From the human T2T-CHM13v2.0 reference genome, Homo sapiens: 64,000 nt of DNA. Shown here piece after piece: positions 1-14,600 of this stretch (positions within the stretch are counted from its first letter, which is position 1; each line of letters starts with the position of its first letter). Made by a program: the position numbers and the translations under genes. The stretch lies in NCBI RefSeq assembly GCF_009914755.1, contig NC_060931.1. One strand, written 5' to 3'. Under the pieces are notes generated by a model. That model did no database searches, was not told the DNA's origin, and was given only the letters and a program-made list of their open reading frames with translations.

Positions 1-1270
1 TTCACTGCCAAACCTTTTGAAAGCACAGTTTGCTCTCTCTGTTGGTGCTTCTTTTCCACTCACTCCCACTTCACTTCTTGCAGCCATGACTCTGCTCCCG
101 TTACTTTACAGAAATGTCTCTCCTTGTAGTTCATGGCATCAAGCCCAGTACCCTTCCCTGACCCCATTCCCTGAGACCTCTAGGTAACCTGGAGCTCAGT
201 TGACTATTCCTCCATCGTGAAGCACTCTTTTTCCTTTGGCTTCTCTGGCACTCCACATTATCCGGCTACTTTTGGCTCCAGTGTTTAGTGCCTTCCCAAA
301 TATGGGTGCCCACTCTTTTATCTGTCTATTTTCTCCCTTTCCAGCCTCATAACACCATCTGGCTCCTAACTATGTGGATAACTTCCAAAACTATCTTCAC
401 CACTTGGATGTCCTGCCAGCTCTTTAGACTCATTGCTCAAAACAGAACTCAAACCCTGACAGGCTTTCCGTCTTTCCTAATGTTGGCCATAATGTGACCC
501 AAGGTTGCAAATTTGACTTTTTTCTTTCTGTCTCTATCACCTCCTTGGTTGCCAAGATGACAAGCCATCATGTATATAATAGCTTTTTTATTCTATTGAA
601 GCTGTATTTCTTCATCCATCGTCTCTACTTCTCAATGTCATTGCCCAGGTCCAGGCTTTCATTGGCTCTCATTTGGACTATCACCAGACCATTCGATCTC
701 TGCTCATTCCATCTTCTACGTTACGGCCAGATAGCAGTCCTCCTTCAACACATATGTCATATCCCTAGGCAGCAATCTTTCAAATTCTTCTAAGCCTACT
801 GAATACATCCTAAACGCCTTATCCTAAATTACAAGGCCTTCTATATTATTTTCCATTCCTTCATATTCTGTATGTTCTGTCCTAAGCAAAGCACTGATCA
901 TTCTTTCACCTCCACAATTTCTCATTTACAGGACCTTTCTTGTCCTGTATTCTTTTATCTAAAATGATGTCCTTTATTTCTGCCAACATGATTCTATGTG
1001 TTGAAATCCTCTCATCCTTCAAATTCTTTCTCTTCCATGAAATCTTAGAACAGTATTTCTCTCTCCTTTGATTTTCCAAAATTGTATGAGGTGGCGGGGG
1101 TGTGGAGGGTAGGAAAGGACATTTAGCACTTTGTCTTGTATTTCCATTATTTATGTGCTTGTCTTATCCAGTCCCGCCTTGGATTTTCATTGTTATAACT
1201 CCTGTGACTGCTGATAAAGTATCTTAAATATAGTATATCCTGAATAAATGTTTCTTCAGTGAATGAATTT
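1..1270 (+). mobile_element. Degenerate L2 LINE fragments
   Basis: CT-rich L2-like sequence ending in a typical L2 3' end (aataaatgttt...gaatgaat, about 1244-1268). Confidence 0.6.
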
Positions 1271-3061
1271 TTTAACTTCTATAAAATATAGAAGATGTAA
1301 AAAACTAAACTTGTAGATGACAGGCTTTATGTCAGTGTCAAGAGAGTTCTCAGTAGTTTCCACACTATTATTATTTTCAGTCAATCTAGGTACAAGGCTG
1401 AGGTGAAAGAAGCTTGAGAGAATTGTAGCAAACCTGCCATCATCTTCATATTGTAATGCCTTTGCATTTGCATAATATTTTATACCATTATAAGATACTT
1501 TCACATCTTATCTGACCCTCTCTATACTTATTTTAGGTTAGAAAGAGATAGTTATCCTAATATCCATTTCATAATGAGGAAAGTGTATTCTGGGCAGTTT
1601 TAATGACTTAATTAACTAACGTCAGGTTATTGATTAGGGGCAGACCTGGACAAGGGGACCTGTTGGCTGTCTTTAAATATTTGAAGAACTATCATGTCAA
1701 AGAAAATTAAATCTTTTTTTTTATTCTTTATTTCCTCAGAGGACTAGAACAAACACAAGTGAATTCAAACTCAATGAGGAGATAAATAGTTTAACTATCA
1801 GATCCACTTCAAGATGATATTGGCTGCCTCTGTTGTTCAAGAGGAGCTCAGGGAGAGCAAGCTGGCCAACCAGGTAGAGGACAGTTTGTTGGAAAGAGCC
1901 TCCCAAAAAGTATAGGTTAACCAAGCTCCCTTCTAATTTTGCAATTTTGACTTTCTTTTTAGGTCAGCACTGTGTTACTACCCTGCATAATCTAAGTTTT
2001 GATTTCTGTCTTTTTTTTAGAACTCAACCTTAAGCAAATTTAGCCACAGTGTGGTCCAGGTCCTAGATTTTTTATGAGATGGCCACTCCACCTTATCCTA
2101 CCTACTCCTTGCAACTGATATTGGACCACCTACAGGTGGGAATCTAAAAGAATGTATTTCCACCCAATCCTTCAGTGCCTAGAGCTGCCAGCCCAATGGG
2201 GAAAAAAAACACGAAGTTTTCAGAAAATCTCACAGGTGCCATCATCACATGTAGCCGGCCCAATCTGGCAACTCCAGAAACCTGTCTGGTATTATGGCCA
2301 TGGTAGGCAAGCCTAGTGTTCTCTCAGAATGCCACTCTCTCATTCTGTTGGAAGGAGGTGGGTGACTCTAATGAGCTCCAAACTTTTCCTTGAAATGGGG
2401 AGTTGCCTAAAAAGGCAACTGCCTCCAAACAGCCAAATGGAAATTATGATATTTCACTGAACTCAGAACCAAATCTGCCTTTTTTTTTTCTTTATAGAAA
2501 CATTTTATGTGCCATGTGCCTTGGGAGCCAAAAAGAAATCATACTTTGGCTCCCTGTTCCACTTTGCTAAGCTCAGATACTGTAAATACCCTCCTCTCCT
2601 CTCATAACGTTAAATTTTTCATGAATTCATCATAAAGGAGCCACTTTGTAGATTTGGCTGGTACCAGTGAAAGACTTCATTTTCTATTTCACAGGAACTT
2701 TTCAGTGCAAAAAAAATTACGGGTGCAATGTTGAAAGACTAGAATTATTCATCAAGTCTTCACTGCCTGCAAATGAAGAGAATTTTTCTAAAGCCTATCT
2801 GGGAGAATGCAGACACAGACATGCATATTTTAGATGGTGCTTCATCTTCACCGTAGCCACCTTATCTTTCTCAGAAGAGTCAGGAGTAAGAGAGGATATG
2901 TGCTTTCTTATTGTTTTGTGGATTCATTCAAGAGTTCACAACAGCTCACACATTTCCCCCTTACCTTCCAGTGTACCTGGAACTCACCAATGCACCGAAG
3001 AAGAGAATATTTCCTTGAATTACGCATTGATAGAAGTACCAATAGCTTTGTATGATAAAAT

Positions 3062-3245
3062 GCAGTGGTTCTCAGACTTTGACATGCATCCGAATCCTCT
3101 GGTGGGCTTATTCAAACACATGCAAGGCCTCATGCCAAGATTTTCTGATTCAGTAGATGTGGGTTGAGGCCCGGGAATGTGTCTTTTTAGAAAGGTGATG
3201 GTGCTAATGCTGCCTGTACAAGGACAACACTCTGAGGAACACTAA
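3062..3245. mobile_element. MER5A-like hAT-Charlie MITE
   Basis: cagtggttctcagacttt ... gattcagtagatgtgggttgaggcccgggaatgtg ... acactctgaggaacact. Confidence 0.7.
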
Positions 3246-3676
3246 CATAATGAAAAGAATTTAGAAATCAGGAAACCTTGGTTTTAGTCCTGAGTCATCT
3301 ACCAATGATGGATCTGTGGCCAAGTCCCTGGGCCTCAAGAGTAGTGACTCCTGCACTATGTGAACTAGTGTTACTTTGAGAATAAAACCTGAGGGTGTGC
3401 AAAAGAACACTCAGCACTCAGGGCTCTAGAGGGACTTGAAATGTTATAATTACAGGCATGAGGAGAGTTGAAGGAAAACAAATGGAAGAAGTTTTAAGAT
3501 GCATTCATTCTGTCAAGTCCAAGCAGAGAATGGCCGGCACTCAACTGCTATGCTAAGAAGGGGCCAGCGAAGATGGGAAGAGTTAGGTAGTTCCCCCATT
3601 CTGTGACCTGGCTCTGAAAAAGTCAGATACTGTGCTTTATTCATGTTCTATATGATATAGCCAGGCCGTGTTAGAG

Positions 3677-3815
3677 CAGTGGTCCTCAAACTTTCCTGTG
3701 ATTCAGAATTAACCTGGGACATTAGGTAAATACACAAAGGCCCAAGCTCTTTCCTACTTCAAGGAGCCTGGGCCTTGGGGTGATTCTGATACACTCCAAA
3801 GTTTGAGAATGACCG
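3677..3815. mobile_element. MER5-like MITE
   Basis: cagtggtcctcaaacttt...cagaattaacctggg...gtgattctgat...aagtttgagaat. Confidence 0.6.
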
Positions 3816-3877
3816 AATCTGTGCTGATAACTGTAAAACCATATCCTGATAACCTGTGAAGGAACTGAATGCCCTAG

Positions 3878-4058
3878 ACAGTTTTCTCAGCCTTGTCTGC
3901 ACATTGGAATCCCCTGCAGAGCTTTTAAATCCCACACGTACAGGCCACCATCCAGTCCTGTTGTATCTGAATCTCTGGGGGTGAGGCCCTGGTATCAGTA
4001 CCTTCTTACAGCGCCTCAGTAATTCACATTTGCAGCCAAGGCTGAGAAGCAAGCACTG
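3878..4058. mobile_element. MER5B-like MITE
   Basis: cagttttctcagccttgtctgcacattggaatcccctg...gcagccaaggctgagaag..cactg. Confidence 0.65.
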
Positions 4059-4879
4059 ATTTAGAAAGAGTCCCCTGTCACTGTCCTCAGCAAATATGTT
4101 TTGTTTGTGTTTTGTTGGCTTGTCTCTTTCCCATATCATGTGGTGAGAATATTGAGGCCATTTCTTTGTGCCCAGAAACCAACACAGTGCCTCACTCTGT
4201 GTTTTAGGTGCTCAGAACATGTTGGTTATTTGAATGAATATTTCAAGGTATTTGAATGTTGAATTAATGAATATGCAAATAAAATACAACAAAACTCACC
4301 GCAGAAGTCCCCTACATTGAACTGTTTTGTGTAAGCACAACCCGTTGTGGAGTTCAGGCCCTCACAATAAGAGAGTATTTATTGAATAATTTGCAGAATC
4401 ACAATCACGGAGTATCTGTTGAATAATCTGTAAAACTGTTATCAACCCCAACTATAACTTACTCTTCCAGGTGAGATGAGGAGTCGGGGAAACATTTGCC
4501 TGGCAGAGTGTTAAGAATGCTAAAAAATAATAACAATAAAAATAAAAAAATAAAAAGCAGCAAATTAAGACATATTTGACACCTACTACGTGGCATACAT
4601 TTTCATGTGTTCTCACTGAATCTTCACAGCAAACTTGCATTCTCTCTGTTTTTTTCTGAGGGAAGAAATGGCAAAAGCAAATCGCCTGTGTTGGGAAGCA
4701 CAGGGGAGTTTGTTGGACCCCAGAGCTTGAGTTCTTTTCCAGTATTTATTTTGCTGCCATTCAGAGCTTCCCTAGCCACCCCTGCTGCTTCCCTGACCTG
4801 CTCCTGCATGGCTCACCAATGGATCCTAGTCACACCAGCCCCCACAGAGTGCTTCCTGACTTCTCCAGTGAAGTTTCCC

Positions 4880-5138
4880 CCGGGAAATTCTCACTGGCCC
4901 ATGATTTGATTGCCTGACCACCTTCAAAACGGGTTAGATAACTCATAGTATGCTATGCTAACCATGTTAAAAAGCTTATTCTCATAGCTTTGCAATGGCT
5001 TCTTTGTATGACTGTTCCTCGCCCTAGACAGAAGGCTTCTTGAGGGCAAGAATGGTTTCTTGCCTATCTTTATATTCCCTTTGCCTAGTGTACTTCCTAG
5101 CCCATTGGAGAGACTCAGTTTTTTCTAAGGAATGAATG
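4880..5138 (+). mobile_element. L2 3' end
   Basis: cttgagggcaagaatgg...ttatattccc...gcctag...gaatgaatga. Confidence 0.55.
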
Positions 5139-7084
5139 ACAGCAGAAACTCATCCATGATGAGCAAGGACCTCCTGAAACATTTCAGCATGTGTGCATGT
5201 GTTGTGCTTCAGAATATTTTAGAAACATTTTCCAGATTTAATTGAGGCTTCTGGGAAGCCTTGCTGTGTTCTTCCTTGCAAAAAATAGAAGGTCGTTACC
5301 AGGAAGTCTCAGTGTACCATATTTATCTGGTGAGTTTTGAAAATACTGAGTAATGGGACTAATGACTCAACATAGTATTTTCCAAACTGTGAGGTAATCT
5401 TTGGACTTTGCAAGATTATTATATTAAGTGTACTTTTTAGTCTGTCAGTAAAAAATAAAAAGCCTGTATTTTCACATTAGAATTCAAAGAACATCTGCTG
5501 CGTATTGTAAATAACATATTTTGAAAACCAACTGATGCATACTCAGCCTGCCTCCGCTTGCTAACTATAGCAGGTCCTTAAGATAAGATTCAGTTTGCCA
5601 TTGGTACCGCTCTTGCTTTGACATTCCACTGTTTGGTGAACCACCGTTTTCCAGAAATCTTTAGACACCATTCAACCCTCTAAACAAACTGAGTACAGTG
5701 AGGTTTTCAGCTTCCTGTTTTCTAGTGGGATTAGAAAGGGACCCTATTCCTAGATGATGATGTGTTTTTCAAGGAGTTAAACTTAGAGAGGTTTTCTACT
5801 GGGGCCATTTCTTACCCCCAAGGACATGCATCCTCTGGCTGGAAGCTCAGCTCTTCCTGCCTTGCAGAGAGCCACCAGTTGCCACAGGCAACCGACTGCT
5901 CCCGACAGGAAGGGTAGTATTGATTTTGCTGGTCTGCCTGTAGGGGAGCGGGCCAAAGAGGAATGCTCAGAGGGGCTCCTCTGTCTGGGGTGTGCATTTG
6001 CACAGCAGCCCCATTCATGTCCTCCAGCCTGTATCTCACCTCCTCGGGAGACTGAAAAACTCAATCAGCTTTTCCCTTGTTCCTTCTCAGTTTGTCTTGT
6101 TAGCACTCTTTCTTAGCAAGTAAGCACCATATGTCTTCTATGGGAACTTGTTTTCAGGAGATTCCCAGCGCATGTGTGCTGGCTGGGAAGAGAGGAATTG
6201 GTGTTTTACTAACCAGCAGCGCTTGCCAGAGTGCCCGCTTTTGAGTCCTGCCCTTCCTGCTCATCTGCCCCATGGTCTAGTTTGTCCTGGACACAGTATT
6301 TCACTGGATCTTACTGGGGTCGCAGAAAATTGCCTGGCTTGTGAGGGATTTTTCTGAACCAAAGAGAGAGCCTGTGTGGATGCCTCTCTGTGGTTCCTCA
6401 TTATCCTGGGTAGTCTGTGTCTCACAAGCACCTGTTCATTGATCTGGTCCTCTGTCCTTGCGAAGACGATAGCACATACTGATTATAGGGGCTCTATGTG
6501 ATGTTATTGGGCTTCCTTGCTCTTAGCCAGCCACCCATGCCAAAGCATGCAGCTGATATGTTCTGCTTTTGAAATAATTTGGTTTCTGTAACACGAAGCC
6601 CACCACCCCCCTTTCAACCTTTAATACCTGTCTTCTTTGAAAGCCAGCTTGTTGAGCATCCAATTTGTCTCTTTTCTTCTTCACTTTCCCCCAGTTTCCT
6701 TGCACTCAGGCTGTCTTTTATCAAAAACAGAGAGTGAGCCAATGACACCTCATGGCAAGCAGCAGCATGAAGCATTTTCTTCTTTCACCTTGACATCTTT
6801 TCGGCAAAGAAAAAGCAAGGGTTGGGAACCTGCTCTATTCACTTTGGCTTCTACAGCTACCTCTTTTAAAACTGCTGGTTGTTATTGCCTGGTAGCTGTC
6901 TCCCTGAAGGTTTTACCAGTTGTTTTGGAAGGCTGGCTATTTTCTATTCCCTTGGGAATTCACCTTACACAGTCATAGATGCATGTGTATGTGTATTTGT
7001 GTTCATATGCTATCAATTAGTAATGAAAAATCAGGCCAAGCCTCTTTGGTACTTTTTTTTCCCCTACAGATGAGTAGTCAGTGT

Positions 7085-7270
7085 TCATAATAACTGCCAA
7101 AACTTATCTTGAGTTTCCTGAGTGCCATGGTCTCATGTCATTCTTACAACAACTTTTTGAAGTAGTCCCCATTTTACAGATGAGAACACTGATGCTTGAC
7201 AGGTTATGCACCATAGTGGAGCTAAGACTTGAATGCAAAGATTCTGCCTTGAAAGCCCAGGCTATTCAAA
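7085..7270 (-). mobile_element. MIR
   Basis: ccccattttacagatgagaacactga MIR core. Confidence 0.65.
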
Positions 7271-7469
7271 GATTAACTGGATTGCCTGGGCCTGATACGG
7301 TATCTCTCAGTCACTCATTTGAACTTTGCCAACCATAGTCCTAAATGCCCAATGCTTATCCTTGGAAAGGCTAGATATCAGCAAACATGAGATGAGTTGA
7401 AAATAATCTTTGTTCTGAAGTTCTAAGGGATAAGACGCATTGCTACCAACATATGTGGCCTATTAAATG

Positions 7470-8176
7470 ATGATTCTCAGTGGCACAGAGGAGATTGACC
7501 ACTGTGGTGGGGAAGGTGGGGCAAGGACTGAGAGAGAGTGGGGGACAGTTCTGTTATAGCCCAAGGTGATAAAGGAGTTGTGATAATCACTGGATTGATA
7601 ATCACTATTCTAGAACCATAGTGTTCCCCTAATCATAAAAGCTACTATTAGCCACGTGTTGTGGCTCACGCCTGTAATCCCAATGCTTTGGGAGGCCAAA
7701 GTGAGAGGATCGCCTGCAGCCAGGAGTTTGAGACCAACCTGGACAATATAACAAGACCCTGTCTCTTAAAAAATGTAAATAAATAAATAAATGTTTAAAA
7801 GCCACTAGTAAGTGAACACATACTATATTTCTGGCATTGAACTATATGCTTTCATTTAATCATTCTCATTACCCTATAAGAAGATACTGTTATCTCATTT
7901 TTTCTCTGTAAAATGAGATTTCTCTGTAAAATGATTCTTAGTGGCATAGAGGAGATTGACCACTGTGGTGGGGAAGGTGGGGCAAGGACTGAGAGAGAGT
8001 GGGGGACAGTTCTGTTATAGCCTAAGGTGACAAAGGAGTTGTGATAATCACTGGATTGATAATCACTATTCTAGAACCATAGTGTTCCCCTAATCATAAA
8101 AGCTACTATTAGCCAGGTGTTGTGGCTCACACCTGTAATCCCAATGCTTTGGGAGGACAAGGTGAGAGGATCGCCT
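7470..8176 (+). repeat. 246-bp direct duplication (7470-7715 and 7931-8176)
   Basis: Equal-length copies 461 bp apart with 8 substitutions counted by eye; the second copy interrupts a MIR. Confidence 0.95.
7650..7791 (+). mobile_element. FLAM/AluJ monomer
   Basis: Single Alu arm with A-rich tail; TSD-like aaaagctacta/aaaagccacta. Confidence 0.85.
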
Positions 8177-8285
8177 CTCACCAAGTTTCAGAGAGGTTAT
8201 CCTGGCTCAAACTTGCCACATCTTAAGTGAAAAAAAACTTAGACTTGAACCCAAATGTGTTTGTCTTCAAAGCCTATGCTCTATT
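7805..8285 (-). mobile_element. MIR interrupted by the duplicated segment
   Basis: ...tactgttatctcatttt [insertion] aagtttcagagaggtta...gacttgaacccaaatgtgtttgtcttcaaagcc. Confidence 0.7.
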
Positions 8286-9177
8286 CTTTCCTAATTATCA
8301 GCGTCTTTTTGCCCATTGTGATATTTAATCAGAATCATTATCATTAATAGCTCATCCAACTGATAAAGGAAGGAAATAAATGAATTTTGTATTTGTGGAC
8401 CAGAGTATGTGATTGAGCTGAGTATGCAAAGATTTGGTCCCCTGGTCTACTGGATGATCTTTTCACAAGTGATCTCAGTTAGCTGCCATGTGCTTAACAT
8501 AGGTTGAAAGTTAGTTGACAGCTTTGCTTCACTGAGGATTGTTTCCAGAATTATCAGTGCTTAGTGACTTTGAAGATAAACATGGATTACAGGTTCAAGG
8601 AGCCTACGAGAGTCAGAAGAGTTGGGAATGTGTTCCCAACTCTTTAACTAGCTGTACAGATCTGGGAACTGCACTTAACTCTATTCAACCTCAGCTTTTC
8701 TATCTGAACATCATGTTAGGTAATTCCAAGATACGTTTTAGCTCTGAATGATAATTGCTGTTTACCGTCAAGCCTGTTTGTTTTACACATACAGAAAAAC
8801 ACTCTTAACCCATGAAGTATGTAGTTAATTGAGAAAGTTAAAGGAAAAAGTCATAAAGAAGAAAATATGCTATCTACACTTAATTTTTAAAAGCAGCTTT
8901 ATTGTGGTGTAATTGACATATGATAAGCTATGTATATTTAAAGTGTACAATTTAATAAGTTTTGATCAAAGTACCCACTCATGACACCATCACCACAGTC
9001 AAGATAATGAGCATCTTCATTCATTACTCCACAGGTCCCCATCTCCTTTGTGGTCCCTTCCTCCTGCCCATTCACCCAGCCCCTGCCACATATACAAAAA
9101 AACAACTGCTAAGCTACCTGATATACCTTCTGTCACTATGGATTACTATTCATGTTTAGAGTATTATATAACTGTAA

Positions 9178-9585
<408 letters not shown>

Positions 9586-9854
9586 TGAGTAGTGTATGGA
9601 TATACCATAATTATTTACCTTTTCACCTACTGATGGACGTCTGGGTTGTTTACAATTTTTGGTTATTACAAATAAAGCTGCTGTGAACATTCACATACAA
9701 GTCTTTGTATGGACATATATGTATTTGAATCTTAAGGAAGTATCTAGGAGTAGAATGGCTGGAACTGGTAGGTATATGTTTAATGTTTTACAAAAATGTC
9801 AAACTGTTTTCCAGAGTGGTTGTACCGTCTTACATTTCCACCAACCGTGTATAA

Positions 9855-10288
<434 letters not shown>

Positions 10289-10512
10289 TAATGATATTGA
10301 GCATATTTTCATGTGTTTGTTTTCCATATGTATATCTTTTTGGGTAAACTTTCTATATAAATCTTTTGCCCATTTTTAACTTAAATTCTTTGTTTTCTTA
10401 TTGTGAGTTTGAGATTATATATGAAAAAATATTGTTTAAGAAATAATCTAAAATAAAAATAAATATATTCTTTTATTTATTTACATATGTATACAACTCC
10501 TTACATGTATGT

Positions 10513-10536
10513 ACACACACACACACACACACACAC
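10513..10536. repeat. (AC)12 microsatellite
   Basis: Direct reading. Confidence 0.95.
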
Positions 10537-10765
10537 ATTCTGCAAAGATTTGCTCCTAGTTTGTGGGTTCTTTTCATTTACTTAACAGTATCTTTCAAGG
10601 AGTAGAAATTTTTAATTTTGATGAAGCCCAATTAATTAATTTATTCTTTTATGTGTTGTGTTTTTGGTATTATAGTTTTGCCTAACTCAAGGTTAAAAGA
10701 TTTTCTCCTATGTTTTCTTATAGAAGTTGCACAATTTTAGTGTTTAAATTTCAGTCTCCAATTTC

Positions 10766-10834
10766 TGAGTTCATTTTTGTATATGATGTGAGTTCATTTT
10801 TGTATATGATGTGACTTCAATTTTGTATATGGTA
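10766..10834. repeat. 23-bp tandem repeat x3 inside L1
   Basis: tgagttcatttttgtatatgatg x2 plus a diverged third unit. Confidence 0.9.
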
Positions 10835-11816
10835 TGAGGTATAGATTCAAGTTTGTTTGTTTGTTTGCTTATGGATATTAAAGTGTTCCCGCACTGCTTA
10901 TTGAAAAGGTTATGCATTCTCTACTGCATTGCCTTTGCACTTTTGTTCAAATTCTGTTGTTCACATGTATGTGTTTATTTCCTCACCCTTTACTCAGTTC
11001 CACTGATGTAATTTTCTGTCTTTATGCCAATACCACATCATTTGGTTACTACAGCTTTATGATATGCTTGAAATCAGGGAATGTTAGCCTTCCAACTTCT
11101 TTTCCAAATTGTTTTGGTTATTGTAGGTTTATATATTTCCATATGAATTTTAGAATCAGCTTGTCAACTTGTATGGAATCTATAGCTCACTCTGAGGAGA
11201 ATTAATACCTTATTGAGTCAAACCATGAACAAAGTATTTTTTCATTTATTTAGATCTTCTTTCATTTCTCTTAGCAATATTTTGTATTTTTTAATGCACA
11301 GGTCTTTCACATATTTTTTGTGTGATCCCTAGTTTTTTATATTTTTTGATGTTATTGTAAATGATAACATTTTTAAAATTTAAATTTTTGATTGTTGCTA
11401 GTACAGTTTATTTTTGTATATTGATGTTATATTAAATTATGATAAATGCACATACTATTATAGTTCTAGTAGCTTTTTTATAGATTCTCTTTGATCTTTC
11501 TACATAGATAGTTATTATGCCTGCGAATAAAGACAGTTTAACTCTTCCTTTTCAATCTGGATTACTATCTCTTTTCCTTGTTGATTCACTTTTAGAACCT
11601 CCAAAACAATATTTAATAGAGGTGAGAGTGGATATTTCTGTTCTTAGGGCAAAAGCATTCAGTTGTTCACCATAAGTATGATGTTTCCTTTGGGATTTTC
11701 ATATATAGCCATTTTCCGTTTGAAAAAGTTCTTTTCTAATCCTGGTTTTCTGATTTTATCAGGAATGAATGTTTGATTTTTGTGTGTGTTTTTTGATGCT
11801 TTTTCTGCAACTATGA

Positions 11817-12188
<372 letters not shown>

Positions 12189-13149
12189 TAGATTTCCAAT
12201 ATTACGCCATTCTATGTACATTGTACATACATTGCTAAGGTCTTTTTTTTTGCTTATGGGTTTGCTTTTTAGAGCTCTGTATCATCTTTCTTATATAAAT
12301 TCTCATCCATAATGCATTCTCTACATTCTCAGTTTCAGTTTAAGTGGAGGCAGATCTTGGACACTTGTCAAGTTTTCAAGTCCTCTAGGTTTAAGATTTG
12401 TTTTGTTTTGCCAGTCTTTTATAATTTCCTTGTCCACACCTAAGTGGATAGCAGTTTATCTTTAAGTTTCTCACCTTTAGTGAGTGTCTAAAACACTCTT
12501 GTTTGGTTTGAGAGAAGCAACAATTATATGTCCATATTCATAGTTCAGCAATGAAGGTAATTATTAATTAAACGATATAATTGTAATACCCAGCACAACT
12601 GGGTAAAAAAAAAAAAATAAAATAAAATAAAAATAAATAAAAACTTGGGATGGATTACAGCTGAGTGTTGGTAAGCATACAGCCCAGTGGAGGAGAGCAG
12701 AAGTGTGTAGACTAGAGAATAGCCAACTAGACTCAGATTTAGTGTGCGGTGGTAAGCTATTCAGAGAGTGGAAACAATTAGTTACTCCAGGGAATTACAG
12801 AAATGGAAACTAATAGAGCTTCTGTAATTCTCTTTCATTCCTATAAACAGTATTCCCTTCCTTCAGCAACCAGTGGGCAAAGGTCCAGAGGTCACCTTCT
12901 ATACGAGGAACACAAACTAGTCAGCACTGAATTATCCTCACAATTAGAAAAACACCTGTGACCAAGTGTGGATCCTTGCAATGGGCTTTAACTATACCTG
13001 TAGCAAATATATGGAAGAACCCTGGATTTAGAGTCAAGTGAGCCTGGGTTTGAATAGCAATGACTGTCTCTGTGTTGTTGAGCAGCCTTGGGAAAATTAG
13101 TACCTCAGAGGGTCATCTCAAGGAATAAGCGATAGAACATGTATGAGAC

Positions 13150-14600
13150 AGACACAGAGTTGTAGGTATGCCTTGTGTGTGGTTTGGATCCTTGTTGCAA
13201 GATGTTTACACTATCTAGAGTGGTGTGTTCTACCCAACCATATGATCCTCCTGCCCAAAAAGTTCCCTAGCTCTAGCCTGTCGCAACATTTGATGCAAAT
13301 GGAGAAGGAAGGACATTGAAGGCAGAGAAAACAGTTTGACCGAGGTTAGGTGGCAAGGAAGGAGAAAGCATACATGGGAAGATGTGAGCAGTCAGGATTG
13401 GGCACAAGGTTCATGCTGAGGTAGGGGGGCAGACAAGCTGAAAAGTCGCCTGATGTGCGACCATGCCAAGCCGTGAAGATTGGCTGGATTCTCTCACCTC
13501 TCCCCTCACACCTTATATAGGAGGTTGGTAAGCAAGGAGAGTCACTGAAACTTTTCTTTTTAAGGGAACGCCATGGTGAGAGCTGTGCCAGGGATTCTCA
13601 AACCTTGACTGTATCAGAATCACCTGGGAGCTTGTTAAAAAATACATATACCTTGGGCCCCACCCAGACTTACTCAATCCTAATCTATAGGTTTGGGTCA
13701 AGGCATCTGTATTTTTAACAAGCTCCCTAGGCAATTCTAATGCACGCCAAAGTTGAGAAACCACTGCTTTAGAAGGTTAATCTGGCAGCAGCGTACAAGA
13801 TGGATTGGAGCTGAGAGAGCCTGGAGGTTCAGAGACCTGCTTGCAACAACAATCCCGGCAGGAGATAATGAGGTTAGGGGCTGTGGGAATGGAAAGGAAG
13901 AATCAGATATGGGAGGTATTTTTGAGAGGCAGTCAGCAAGGACTGGGCAACGAATTTGATGGGGAATGTGAGGGAGAAATGGGACTTAACAAATAATGTC
14001 AAGGTTTAGAGAAGCTGCTCTCCATGGCATGAAGGGAGAGGTAACAGAATCCCCTGGGGACCTTAGTCAAATTGCACACACCTGCTCCCCTTTCTGTGCT
14101 CATCCTCCACATCTTCCTCCTTCCCTGCAAGTTCCCTGAGATGTGTGCCAGGATGGGGCATATCAGCTCCTCCTGGGGAAGCCTGCATGTGTAGTTTGAG
14201 GGGGAAACTTTTCCAGGTGACACTTCTGTTGCAAGCCACTTGTTAGGCATCTTTGAGCCTGTGAGAATAGTGGTGTGGTGAGATTAGGAGGAAGGAGGGA
14301 CCAAGCTGGAGCTGACCACAGGACATGAAATAACCTTTGGAGGCTGTGGAAATGTGAGTTCAGAGCTGTGGAGCAAGAAGTGGGCTGTGATATAAATTCA
14401 AAAGGCCACTGCATGGAGGTCATGGTGAAGACAGATGAGACCGTGGAGAGTAGAGAGGAAAGGATCCAGAATGAAGCTTGAAGAAGGCCTACGGTTAGGA
14501 GTCATATGCAGATGAAGGGTCAAAGAAGAGCAGGCTGCAGAGGTGGGAGGAGACTGCTTCTGCTTCAAGGCCAAGGCATGAGGCAGACATCTAGAAAGAT
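13150..14600 (-). mobile_element. Degenerate L2 fragments (antisense), interrupted by MER5
   Basis: GA-rich L2-like sequence (agaatcagatatgggaggtatttttgag...; tggaggtcatggtg). Confidence 0.55.
13588..13767. mobile_element. MER5B-like MITE
   Basis: cagggattctcaaaccttgactgtatcagaatcacctgggagcttgttaaaaaata...aagttgagaaaccactg. Confidence 0.85.

Noticed and set aside
2667-3167. 166-aa ORF
   Set aside because: GTG start, no recognisable domain, runs into a MER5 element; consistent with chance.
7470-8176. Repeat-spacer-repeat pattern as a CRISPR-like array or LTR pair
   Set aside because: Only two copies, includes part of an Alu, no TG..CA ends, PBS or TSD; human DNA.
12790-12832. 11-bp inverted repeat (also a 9-bp one at 26021-46 and a 14-bp palindrome at about 22120)
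   Set aside because: Short and AT-rich or low-complexity; expected by chance in 64 kb.
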